The translations under genes and the position numbers were made by a program. 64,000 bases of DNA, from positions 8,721 through 72,720 of the forward strand of contig JBAYJY010000002.1 in NCBI GenBank assembly GCA_041664945.1. Direction: 5' to 3'. Positions 55,061 through 63,615 of the stretch are shown one piece after another (the first letter of the stretch is position 1; the number at the start of each line of letters is the position of its first letter). The stretch comes from a bacterium (lineage in GTDB: Bacteria; UBP15; UBA6099). The notes beneath the pieces are model-generated. The model ran no database searches, was not told the origin of the DNA, and saw nothing but the letters and a program-made list of their open reading frames with translations.

Positions 55061-57958
55061 ATGAAAAGGAAGTTTGCATTGGTATTTGCGGCGTTCATGA
55101 TATTTACGCTTCAAGCGTCGGCGAGCGCGGCGTCGGTGAAGATAGTTGTAGCCCCGGGCGCGAAGCCGTGCATTCTGCATGGAGTAGGCGTTCTCGAGAA
55201 CAAGCTTAAGGCGTCAGGTTTCGACACTCAACGCGTCGAGCAGTTAAAATCGGGAGAGAATGTCGAAGCGATAGTGATAGTGGACCTTTCCTCGGGAGCT
55301 GCCGGCGCGATTGAAAAGGATTCGCTGAAGAAAGCGGAGTCGTATATCGTAAAAAAGGATGGCGGACGCCTCACCGGAATAGGGAGCGACGCGGTCGGCG
55401 CAATGTATGCAGCATACGACATAGCCGAGCAGATAGAGATGATGGGCGCTTCGCCGTCGATCGCGAAAGTAGAGCCGCGCACGCGAATTCCGTCCATGGA
55501 CATCCGCGCGATTAATCCTTTCTTCCACGTCGACGCTTTCAACGATCCGAAGTCTTGGTTCTACGACGAGGAATACTGGAAAACCTACTTCGATGAATTG
55601 AGCTGGGACCGCTATAACCTGATTGACATTCACGCTATGTACGAACTGATCTCAACGTTTTTCCCCAATTGTTATCTGTATTTATTGAAGTCCGAAAAAT
55701 ATCCGAACATAGGCATAAGCGCCGCGCAGGCGGAAAAGAATCTTAAAATGTTCAACCGGATAATCGATCTGGCGGACGAGCGCGGAATCCGCGTGTCGCT
55801 GATGAGCTATCACGCGAGCTGGAAACTCACCGACGCCGACAAGACTCAGGAGCCGGATGAAAAGAAGCTCGCCGAATATACAGCCGAGATGGTTAAGAAG
55901 ATAATCGACATGTGCCCCAAGTTATGGATGATAGGATTCCGGATCGGCGAGTCCAGCATGAACGAGAATTTTTTCAAGGAAAGTTATATTAAAGGAATCA
56001 GGGAGGCCGACCGCGAAGTATTCATGTTCACGCGCTCGTGGCTGGCTACGCCCGCGCAGGTTCTCGATATCGCTGACGCCTATCCCGGCCGCACATTTGT
56101 TGAAATCAAATACAACGGCGAACAGCTCGGACTGCCTTACCACGCGATGACAACCCGGCGCCGCGACACTGCGGCAAGCTATTCTTATGAGTCCTATACC
56201 AATTGGCCGCGAAACTATAAGATTTTATGGCAGATACGCGCTAATGGCACACACCGCCTGTTCCGCTGGGGCGATACGGATTTCGCGTCGCGAGTGATGC
56301 GCACCGTCCAGTTCGGCTCCGCTGCGGGCTTCTCCATGGAGCCGATGACTTCATATTATCCGCCGACTGATTTCTTCTTCAAGCCGGAAATGAAGTTCGA
56401 TTTTTTCAAGTGGGATCACCAGCGCAACTGGTTCTGGTACATGGTGTGGGGCCGCAACGCCTACAACCCGGACGAGCCGAAAGAGGTGTGGCTCAACCGC
56501 TTCAAACAGCATTACGGCGCCGCCGGCGACGATACGTATGAGTTCCTCAAGCAGATGAGCAAAATTGTTCCGTTAATTTATTCGTGGCGCTGCCTCGGGC
56601 CCGACCATCGCAATATGGCCCCCGAATATGAAACCGGCGGCGACCTCAACGCGTTCGGAAAGAATTTTCCGCTCGACCCGCAATCGATATATACGATTGA
56701 CGACTATACGAACAATTATTTATTCAACGAACAGTTTCTCGGCGCCAAGCTCGGGCCGTTCGAGGCTGCCGATATGATCGACAAATATGCGGACAACGCC
56801 CGCGCCGCCGCCGAACGCGCCCGCGCCAGCGCCGCTCCGGACAATGTCGAGTTCAAGAGCCTCTATGCGGAGTTCGCAACGCTTGAGCATCTCGCGCGCT
56901 ACTACAGCGCCAAAATCCGCGCTTCGGCTTATCTGAATTTCTACCAGAAAAAACGCACTTATCCCGAACTTAAGCTCGCTGAAAAATTTTCTAACGACGC
57001 AATCGCGCAATGGGACGAACTGGCCAAGACAGGCGAATTGTACTTCGTTCCTCTTTTGGATACGCTTCGCATGCGCGGACAGGTGAAGAAGACCACTTTT
57101 ACATGGCGTGATATTGAGCCGCAGCTCGAAGCCGACAAGAAAATTATCACTGACGAAATGAAGCGATTTGAAATCTCGAAGAATAAAGCTGACGCGGAAC
57201 TTGCAGTCTATCACATTCCGACATTCAAAGCCCGCGAGGGCGAGCCGCTGATGATAACGGCGACCGTTCTCGGAACAGGCGATGAAGCTGCCGGACTGAC
57301 GTTGAGTTACCGTGCGGCAGGGACTGATGCGGTGTTTAATGAAGTTAAAATGAAACGCGACGAAGCTGGCGGGCCGGCTTACGTCGGAGAGATACCGGCG
57401 AAGGCAGCGATCGGAAAGATCGATTATTTCATTGAGGCGACTTCCGGAAGCAGAAAGGGCCGCTATCCGAGCAGTAAAAGCGCCGCAGTTCTCAAAAAAC
57501 GCGCCTACAACGCAGAGGAATATTCGGACGGCACAGCCAAAAGACTCACACGCGAAATGGAAAAACTCGCTGATTTCGAAAAGCGCAAATATGCTACCGT
57601 CTCGTTCACAAATGATTTTGCGGCGCCGGTTTTCACAAATGTCGAAGTAAAAGTTAACTCAGCCGGGGATGTCGCCACGATCACCGCTGCTCTTGAAGAC
57701 ACTGGCCCGGTCGCCAATGTCATTATGTATTATAAGCCGATACCAAGCGGTTTTACCGGATGGAACGTGGCGGAGATGAAGCAGTCCGGAGACAAAAAGT
57801 TTTCAATCGATGTCCCGCTCACGCCGGAAGGGCTTTTGTATTACTTTAACGCCGCTGACGCGTCAGGAAACGCGGCGGCCTATCCAAATTTCATTGAAAT
57901 GACGCCTTATCTTGTCATAGACTCCTGGGATCCGGCGATCAACCCGTATGCCAAATAG
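55061..57958 (+). CDS. large secreted protein, putative glycoside hydrolase of unassigned family
   Basis: 965 aa. AGGAGG precedes the ATG, and a signal peptide ends ASASA. The N-terminal module (IVVAPGA...GIGSDAVGAMYAAYDIAEQIE) resembles N-domains of GH20/GH67/GH115-type enzymes. A TIM-barrel-like core (YNLIDIHAMYE...IRVSLMSYHASW) follows. The coding call is strong but the function call is weak. Confidence 0.5.
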   Translation: MKRKFALVFAAFMIFTLQASASAASVKIVVAPGAKPCILHGVGVLENKLKASGFDTQRVEQLKSGENVEAIVIVDLSSGAAGAIEKDSLKKAESYIVKKDGGRLTGIGSDAVGAMYAAYDIAEQIEMMGASPSIAKVEPRTRIPSMDIRAINPFFHVDAFNDPKSWFYDEEYWKTYFDELSWDRYNLIDIHAMYELISTFFPNCYLYLLKSEKYPNIGISAAQAEKNLKMFNRIIDLADERGIRVSLMSYHASWKLTDADKTQEPDEKKLAEYTAEMVKKIIDMCPKLWMIGFRIGESSMNENFFKESYIKGIREADREVFMFTRSWLATPAQVLDIADAYPGRTFVEIKYNGEQLGLPYHAMTTRRRDTAASYSYESYTNWPRNYKILWQIRANGTHRLFRWGDTDFASRVMRTVQFGSAAGFSMEPMTSYYPPTDFFFKPEMKFDFFKWDHQRNWFWYMVWGRNAYNPDEPKEVWLNRFKQHYGAAGDDTYEFLKQMSKIVPLIYSWRCLGPDHRNMAPEYETGGDLNAFGKNFPLDPQSIYTIDDYTNNYLFNEQFLGAKLGPFEAADMIDKYADNARAAAERARASAAPDNVEFKSLYAEFATLEHLARYYSAKIRASAYLNFYQKKRTYPELKLAEKFSNDAIAQWDELAKTGELYFVPLLDTLRMRGQVKKTTFTWRDIEPQLEADKKIITDEMKRFEISKNKADAELAVYHIPTFKAREGEPLMITATVLGTGDEAAGLTLSYRAAGTDAVFNEVKMKRDEAGGPAYVGEIPAKAAIGKIDYFIEATSGSRKGRYPSSKSAAVLKKRAYNAEEYSDGTAKRLTREMEKLADFEKRKYATVSFTNDFAAPVFTNVEVKVNSAGDVATITAALEDTGPVANVIMYYKPIPSGFTGWNVAEMKQSGDKKFSIDVPLTPEGLLYYFNAADASGNAAAYPNFIEMTPYLVIDSWDPAINPYAK

Positions 57959-58046
57959 GGACTGAAGAAAAACCGGCCGTTTTGTTTCCCGCTCTCTCCT
58001 GTAGCATGGGGGCGAGGCGTTCCGAAAGAATCGAAGGTAATCTATA

Positions 58047-59708
58047 TTGAGTTCATTCAAGGTTGAATTCCCCGCCGATGCGAAACGGATTGCCGTCGTC
58101 GCGGGAATGACGGCGCTTGAAGCCGCTGCTGCCGCCGGATTGGAAATTGCGGCAGATTGCGCCGGGCGCGGAACTTGCGGGAAATGCAAGGCCCGAATCA
58201 GCGGAGACATTTCGAAGCCGACGGAGGCGGAGAAAAAACATCTTTCGGTCGCAGAACTGGCGGAAGGAATGCGGCTCGCCTGCCTGACAAAAATTCTCGG
58301 CGCCACGGAAATTGTTTTCTCCGTTCCTGTCATATCGTCTGAGATACTTCCTTTTCGAATGGATTACGACCCGGATCCGAGATTGATATGCGATCCGCCG
58401 TCGATTGCTATATCCGGTGGCTCTGAAGACGGCCAAGCGAAATTATTCGGCGCGGCTGTTGATGTCGGCACAACATCTCTGAACGCGCGTCTGGCTGATT
58501 TGCGGACCGGGCGCGTTCTTTCTTCGGTTGTAGCCGCAAATCCGCAAAGACTTTACGGCGCGGATGTGGCGTCGCGAATTAATTTTATCATAGAGAATAA
58601 AAACGGACTCGAAATCTTGCGCTCGCTTGTCGCGGGGCGCGTTAATGAAATGATAGGCAAGCTTGCGGCGGAGCAGGGCGGGTCGGCTGAAGATGTTCGC
58701 GGAATCACATTAGTGGGAAATCCGACTATGGCGCATGCGCTTCTCGGCATAGACCCGCGCGCCATCGCTGAATCGCCTTATGTGCCGCCGACTACGCAGG
58801 CGATGATTTTCGACGCGAACGAAGCAGGATTAAAAGCGGCGGCGGGCGCCAGATTGTTTGTTTTGCCGGCCGCCGCCGCATATGTAGGCGCTGACGCTCT
58901 TTCCGCGTCTCTGCGGGCGCGGCTGAACGAGCCAGGCGGACCGAGGTTGCTGATCGACCTCGGAACCAACGCTGAGATTATGCTTTCCAATGGAGACGAC
59001 ATATTTTGCTGCGCGGCAGCCGCAGGTCCCGCGCTCGAAGGCGCGCACATAAGATACGGGATGTCGGCGACGGACGGTGCGATCGACCGCGTTGATTTCA
59101 GGCCTGAAGAGGAGTTGACGACTGTCAACAATGAGCCGGCCGCCGGATTATGCGGAACCGGTCTGCTGGACGCAATCTCCGGTCTTCTCAGCCTCGGAAT
59201 AATATTGCCCGGCGGAAGGATAGTGGCCGAGGCGCCTTCCGAGCTTCCGGAGTCGGTTCGCAGCCGCGTTCGGGAAGGGGCGGGCGGACGCGAGTTTGTT
59301 CTGGCGAGAAAGGGCGAGCGCGGCGCGGCGCGGGACATCGCCTTGACGCAGCAGGACATACGCGAGGTGCAACTCGCGGTTGGCGCGATACGCGCCGGAA
59401 TAGATCTGCTTCTCGAACGCGCCGGCGTTCCCGGAGGGGAGATCGAGACGATATATGTTGCGGGCGCTCTCGGGACATATCTGCGCAGCGAGACCGCGTT
59501 GCGTGTTGGCATTGTTCCCCCAATAGCGCCTGAACGGGTCCGTTTTGTTGGAAACGCAGCTCTCGACGGCGCTACCGAGGCGCTTCTTTCCGGCCGTCAC
59601 TGGGATGAAGCCCGTTCTCTCGGCGATTCGGTTATGTATATCGAATTATCCGCGGAGCCGTCGTTCCAGGCCAGATTCGCAGAGCGCATGACTTTTCCGG
59701 CCGGCTGA
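58047..59708 (+). CDS. 2Fe-2S ferredoxin-ASKHA ATPase fusion (RACo/DUF4445-type corrinoid reductive activase-like)
   Basis: 553 aa with a TTG start. The plant-type 2Fe-2S motif is DCAGRGTCGKCKARI...LACL. ASKHA phosphate motifs are AAVDVGTTSL and LIDLGTNAEI. Confidence 0.7.
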   Translation: MSSFKVEFPADAKRIAVVAGMTALEAAAAAGLEIAADCAGRGTCGKCKARISGDISKPTEAEKKHLSVAELAEGMRLACLTKILGATEIVFSVPVISSEILPFRMDYDPDPRLICDPPSIAISGGSEDGQAKLFGAAVDVGTTSLNARLADLRTGRVLSSVVAANPQRLYGADVASRINFIIENKNGLEILRSLVAGRVNEMIGKLAAEQGGSAEDVRGITLVGNPTMAHALLGIDPRAIAESPYVPPTTQAMIFDANEAGLKAAAGARLFVLPAAAAYVGADALSASLRARLNEPGGPRLLIDLGTNAEIMLSNGDDIFCCAAAAGPALEGAHIRYGMSATDGAIDRVDFRPEEELTTVNNEPAAGLCGTGLLDAISGLLSLGIILPGGRIVAEAPSELPESVRSRVREGAGGREFVLARKGERGAARDIALTQQDIREVQLAVGAIRAGIDLLLERAGVPGGEIETIYVAGALGTYLRSETALRVGIVPPIAPERVRFVGNAALDGATEALLSGRHWDEARSLGDSVMYIELSAEPSFQARFAERMTFPAG

Positions 59709-59852
59709 TCTCTGCAGCATTCTTTTTTGCTTTTCGAATTCGAGACAACAAAATCACAAGCATCTATTTTTCATATAATTTGTCGCTGATGGAACAATTT
59801 ACTTCTTTTAATGTTATTAAACCAATAAGAGAAACCTGATGGAGGCTGAGCA

Positions 59853-60911
59853 ATGAAAAAAATATTTTTAGTATTGTCCGCGGCGCTATTATTGTCGTCA
59901 GCTATGATTTTTGCCGACAATATGGATGGTTCAGGCGATGGAAGCGACATCCCGCCGTTTAAGCAAAAAGCGCCGGGTGAATCGTTGTCTGAAATTAATA
60001 AGATTTTGGTGCAAGGCATATATTGCGGCCAGATAGGGCAGCCGCCGCTGAAATTCCTCGCAGAAAATGAGCCGCCGACGCTTCAATCATTAGGCGTTAT
60101 TCCGGAGACTCCCGGCCCGAATGATCCTATAGAAGTTTCAGCGTTGATTACCAACGATCCGAACAATACGCTGTCCAGAACGATAAAGGCCGATTTGTAT
60201 TATTCCTACGACGGAAAGAAAACGTGGAAACATGTGGAGATGGACGGCCCCAAAGGAGGCGGCTACTGGCAGGCGAAGATACCGCCGGTCGGCGTGAAAG
60301 GGACTCTATATTATTTTTTCACGGCGGCGGATAATGACGAAAATTACTACATGGAAATTCCGAAGGTTGATCTGAAATGGGGGGCGGCCGACAAGCAGGA
60401 GTATTTAAATACGATCATCGTCACAAATGACACAATTAATACCATGCCGGCGGATCTCGATCTGCTTGAAGCGTCAGTCGCTTACGACGGCGAATATATA
60501 TATCTCGACATGTTAGTCAAAGGCGAAATTTCCGGCGGAACGCTTACTCCCGTGTCGATAAATATTTATTCGGCCGGTTTTTATCCCGTGGACCTCAGCC
60601 GCGAGAATCCGACATTCATTCTGATGCATTCGCAGCTCGCGCAGTTCTTCGGTCTGCCGGTAATAGGTTTATTGGATGTGGACAGGAATCTGATTGAACG
60701 GACTGAAGCAGAAGCGCGTTATTTTTCGAAGGGCGGTTCGTTGTCCATGAGAGTGGCTAAAAGCGCTGTTATGTTGCCCGGAAGCAAGGGAGCCCGGATA
60801 ATTTTCGGGACGGCGCGAGGAACGCAGTGCAATCCGATTCGCGCGGAGTCGATAGACACGTCAGGATTCATTAACGCGGTTTTTGGAGAGCGTGAGATAG
60901 AAATCAAGTGA
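59853..60911 (+). CDS. hypothetical secreted protein
   Basis: 352 aa. The signal peptide is MKKIFLVLSAALLLSSAMIFA, and GGAGG lies upstream. I recognise no motif. Confidence 0.55.
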   Translation: MKKIFLVLSAALLLSSAMIFADNMDGSGDGSDIPPFKQKAPGESLSEINKILVQGIYCGQIGQPPLKFLAENEPPTLQSLGVIPETPGPNDPIEVSALITNDPNNTLSRTIKADLYYSYDGKKTWKHVEMDGPKGGGYWQAKIPPVGVKGTLYYFFTAADNDENYYMEIPKVDLKWGAADKQEYLNTIIVTNDTINTMPADLDLLEASVAYDGEYIYLDMLVKGEISGGTLTPVSINIYSAGFYPVDLSRENPTFILMHSQLAQFFGLPVIGLLDVDRNLIERTEAEARYFSKGGSLSMRVAKSAVMLPGSKGARIIFGTARGTQCNPIRAESIDTSGFINAVFGEREIEIK

Positions 60912-61955
60912 TTAGAGCCAGGAAAACGGAATGACGTAATAGAATCGGCCGAAGGTTTCGAGGATTTTCTTGGGGCCGGCGGCGCGCAGATGCGAGCAGT
61001 CGCGCAGCATGCGCGTGTAATATGAATAGTTGTATTCCCGGGCGCCCCAAGCCGCTTTGAAACGGTAGACGCCGCATTCCCGGTTCTCGGATGCGCCCCA
61101 GTTGAAGTAAGAATAACCGGTGTTGCGCGACTCGCGAAGAGCGGCGTCGAGCAGAAAACTATTCCCCTGATATTCCTTGAAGGCGCGATCGAAGCAGGTT
61201 TCGTGGTTCATGGCGCCGTCCCGGAAGAAGAACATGAGAAGTCCGGAAACAAGAACATCGCCGGCGAAAGAGAAGTAGAATTTTGCGCGTCCCGCCGGGA
61301 CCATGCGTTTCGCGACGCTGTCGAAAAAAGAACGCGGTTTCGGGGCGAGGCCGAGGTGGCTCATGTTCGCAAGGTATGCGTTGTAGAACCAGTCGAGATG
61401 CTCGGGCGTGAGTTCAGAGTTCAGCGACACTCCGAGCTTGTGCGCCTTGCTGATGTGGTTTCTGACGCTGGGCTTAAAGGAGTGAGGTTCTGTCAGGTTT
61501 GTGAATTGAGTTATACGATCATAAATAAAATCCGGCTTAAGCGAGTCGATATAGATGTCTCGAAGCCGGTTGCTGAGCGGGGAGGCGATAAAAGTAGCGG
61601 TGAGGCAGCCTGAATCGCGAGCGAAATCGAGCGCGTGTGATAGAAGCGCGTCGGCGATCTCGCCCGGCCGTTCAGCGCCTGAACGGATGCAGACGCCGCC
61701 GTAGCTGCCGCTGAATGCGAGAGAGTTCAGGACGGAGCCGAGCTCTGTCTCACGCGAAAAAGACGGAAGAACCCCGACCGGAGCGCCACCGTCATAGCAG
61801 ACGAAATAGCGGCTCTCGTCTCCGAGCGTGTCTTCGATTACGTTTCGCCATTCGAGAGTGTGAAAGACAGCGCTGTCCGGCGAGTTGTCTATGACCGCCT
61901 GGTAATCGACTTCTGTCGCGTCGCCTTTTTCGACAGTTATAATTTCCATTCCCAT
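60912..61955 (-). CDS. FemAB-like/GNAT-fold acyltransferase family protein
   Basis: 347 aa. The size and the N-terminal FHTLEWRNVIE...YFVCYDGGAPVGVLP pattern resemble FemAB/BioF2-like acetyltransferases. The call is tentative. Confidence 0.45.
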   Translation of the reverse strand: MGMEIITVEKGDATEVDYQAVIDNSPDSAVFHTLEWRNVIEDTLGDESRYFVCYDGGAPVGVLPSFSRETELGSVLNSLAFSGSYGGVCIRSGAERPGEIADALLSHALDFARDSGCLTATFIASPLSNRLRDIYIDSLKPDFIYDRITQFTNLTEPHSFKPSVRNHISKAHKLGVSLNSELTPEHLDWFYNAYLANMSHLGLAPKPRSFFDSVAKRMVPAGRAKFYFSFAGDVLVSGLLMFFFRDGAMNHETCFDRAFKEYQGNSFLLDAALRESRNTGYSYFNWGASENRECGVYRFKAAWGAREYNYSYYTRMLRDCSHLRAAGPKKILETFGRFYYVIPFSWL

Positions 61956-62114
61956 ATTTTATTTAACGGAGACCAAATAGCAAATGGCGGCTTGCAGACC
62001 GGTTCGAGACGTAAGCTGAGAAGGAACGAAGCGCGCCCCAAAGCGAGAAACCCGGCTGCCGGGCCGGGTCTCAGGGTGTTCTTTTTTGATAAATTTCTTA
62101 TTTGATAATATTGT

Positions 62115-62130
62115 GGGGGCTGTAGCCCCC
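62115..62130 (-). terminator. GC hairpin downstream of flagellin (GGGGGC-uaca-GCCCCC)
   Basis: A perfect 6-bp GC stem lies 22 nt after the flagellin stop. The U-tract on the flagellin strand is poor (ACAAUAUUAUC), so terminator status is uncertain. Confidence 0.4.
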
Positions 62131-62151
62131 GTTTTGATCGTTGATGACCGC

Positions 62152-63171
62152 TTATTCGGCTGTCGGTCCGACATGTGAATTGAACGCCATTCTCTGGTTC
62201 AGGCCGTCATAGATCGCTTGCACCAGTTTCGTTGTAATGAGAGGTTCGGCGTTGGCCTGCGAGGCAGCCATAGTCGTGCCTTGCTGCTTGATCATGTTCG
62301 TCGTCATCGCCGCCACTTCAGCGGCCATATCAGCGTCCGAAATTGCGGATTTGGAACCGGAGATCGCGGTGTATTGCGCAGACAGATCATTAATCGTATG
62401 TTGCAGCGTATTGATTTGAGTTCCTAATGAAACCCTTAGATTTGACAGCTTGTCCAGCTTGGCTGTTAATGAAGTTATTTTGTCGTTGGCGTAGTCCTGA
62501 TACCACTGAAGATCGGCGTCTCCGTTGGGGTTCGGAAAAGGATGGTATGGCGTTCCGAAATCAGAGAACTCAGCGGTCAGGTCGTCTATGATAACCTGAA
62601 CCTGATTGGAAACATTGTTGTCCGCGCCGATCTGAGCGGGAAGGCCGGAGTCGAAACCGCTGCCGCCTCCGCCGTTAACGAAAATCTTTTTGAGATTGTA
62701 GTTCAAACGAGTTGTGTCGAAAATGACGGTGGAAGTTGAGTTGTCGCGGTCGGAAAAAGCAATATAAAGATGATCTTTCATCAACTCAATTTCGCGGTGA
62801 AGATTCATGCAGTCGCTGGATAAAGGAGTTGTAAAAGGACTTGTGCCCGGGTTGCAATTCAATGTAGCGGAGTTTGCAAGCCGTACGCTCAGGTCGCGCA
62901 TCCTGGCGAGCGCGTTCCACTGTTCGCCTATGTAGCTGTCCACCAGTTGGAGAAGCGTGGTTGTGTCCTGCGCATTGCCAATGGCAGTGTTGACGCCGTG
63001 CAACTGGGCGTTCATTCCCTGCGAAATAGCGAGCCCGGACGGGTCGTCAGCGCCGCGGTTAATGCGAACGCCGTTTGATAAACGTTCAACCTTTTCGTTG
63101 TATTGGAGTAAATTGAGCCTTGAAAAGTTCTGTGAATAAAGCGCGCTGATATTTGTGTTGACAGAAACCAT
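62152..63171 (-). CDS. fliC: flagellin
   Basis: The start ATG (complement of 63169-63171) is preceded by AAGGAGG 5 nt upstream. The N-terminus MVSVNTNISALYSQNFSRLN...RLSNGVRINRGADDPSGLAISQ is canonical flagellin D0/D1. A conserved C-terminal helix is present (ISDADMAAEVAAMTTNMIKQQ). The track's 5' extension to 63282 is rejected. Confidence 0.9.
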   Translation of the reverse strand: MVSVNTNISALYSQNFSRLNLLQYNEKVERLSNGVRINRGADDPSGLAISQGMNAQLHGVNTAIGNAQDTTTLLQLVDSYIGEQWNALARMRDLSVRLANSATLNCNPGTSPFTTPLSSDCMNLHREIELMKDHLYIAFSDRDNSTSTVIFDTTRLNYNLKKIFVNGGGGSGFDSGLPAQIGADNNVSNQVQVIIDDLTAEFSDFGTPYHPFPNPNGDADLQWYQDYANDKITSLTAKLDKLSNLRVSLGTQINTLQHTINDLSAQYTAISGSKSAISDADMAAEVAAMTTNMIKQQGTTMAASQANAEPLITTKLVQAIYDGLNQRMAFNSHVGPTAE

Positions 63172-63199
63172 ATCTACCTCCTTGCAGATACGACTCTCG

Positions 63200-63223
63200 C
63201 GGAACAAATTCCGTTTTGTTCCG
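63200..63223 (-). promoter_or_regulatory. 5'-UTR hairpin presenting ACGGAA in its loop (candidate CsrA site)
   Basis: The RNA is CGGAACAAA-ACGGAA-UUUGUUCCG, a 9-bp stem that ends about 17 nt upstream of the SD. Confidence 0.4.
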
Positions 63224-63279
63224 TAAACCAGCGGTTTGCATGATTCCCTATGCCGCCAAAAACCTTTAGTCGGCCGGCT

Positions 63280-63326
63280 CAAGCAAATGTTCCGAAAACA
63301 GATGCTTTTCTCTCGACATTTGCTTG
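63280..63326 (-). promoter_or_regulatory. 5'-UTR long hairpin (11-bp perfect stem, 25-nt loop)
   Basis: CAAGCAAAUGU at 63326-63316 pairs with ACAUUUGCUUG at 63290-63280. Confidence 0.5.
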
Positions 63327-63370
63327 CCCCAGGAAAACGGGGCGACCGGGTTGCTTTCCGCTTAATGAAT

Positions 63371-63398
63371 AAATCGGCGTTTATCCAGTAAAACTTTA
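63371..63398 (-). promoter_or_regulatory. sigma-28 (FliA/SigD)-type promoter of flagellin
   Basis: The minus strand reads TAAAGTTTT-actggataaac-GCCGATTT. This compares with the consensus TAAA-N15-GCCGATAA; here the TAAA-to-GCCGA spacing is 16. Confidence 0.6.
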
Positions 63399-63615
63399 GG
63401 AAATGGAAATAATTTTTGTCAGATCATGCGACAGAAGCGGTTCCCGAAAGTCGTTTGTTTCGCTTGAAACGCTTGAAACAGGATAAGTTTACGCTGACTG
63501 AATGGATTCATTTGTTTCATTCATAATGGCTGCCGATGTGGTATGATCTTAATATATGCGCCTTTCAGGCTGGCTTGGTGGAGGCGCGCTCAGACCGCAT
63601 TAGTCAGGAAGACAC

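Noticed and set aside
60909-60914. Back-to-back stop codons (TGA on plus, TAA on minus) of convergent genes with zero spacer.
   Set aside because: This is a compact-genome curiosity with no hairpin or other signal, and is unlikely to be functional in itself.
63172-63282. A 5' extension of the flagellin ORF (track start at 63282).
   Set aside because: The canonical flagellin N-terminus MVSVNTNISAL begins at 63171, with AAGGAGG 5 nt upstream. The extension translation (MSRPTKGFWRHRESCK...) is not flagellin-like and covers the structured leader.
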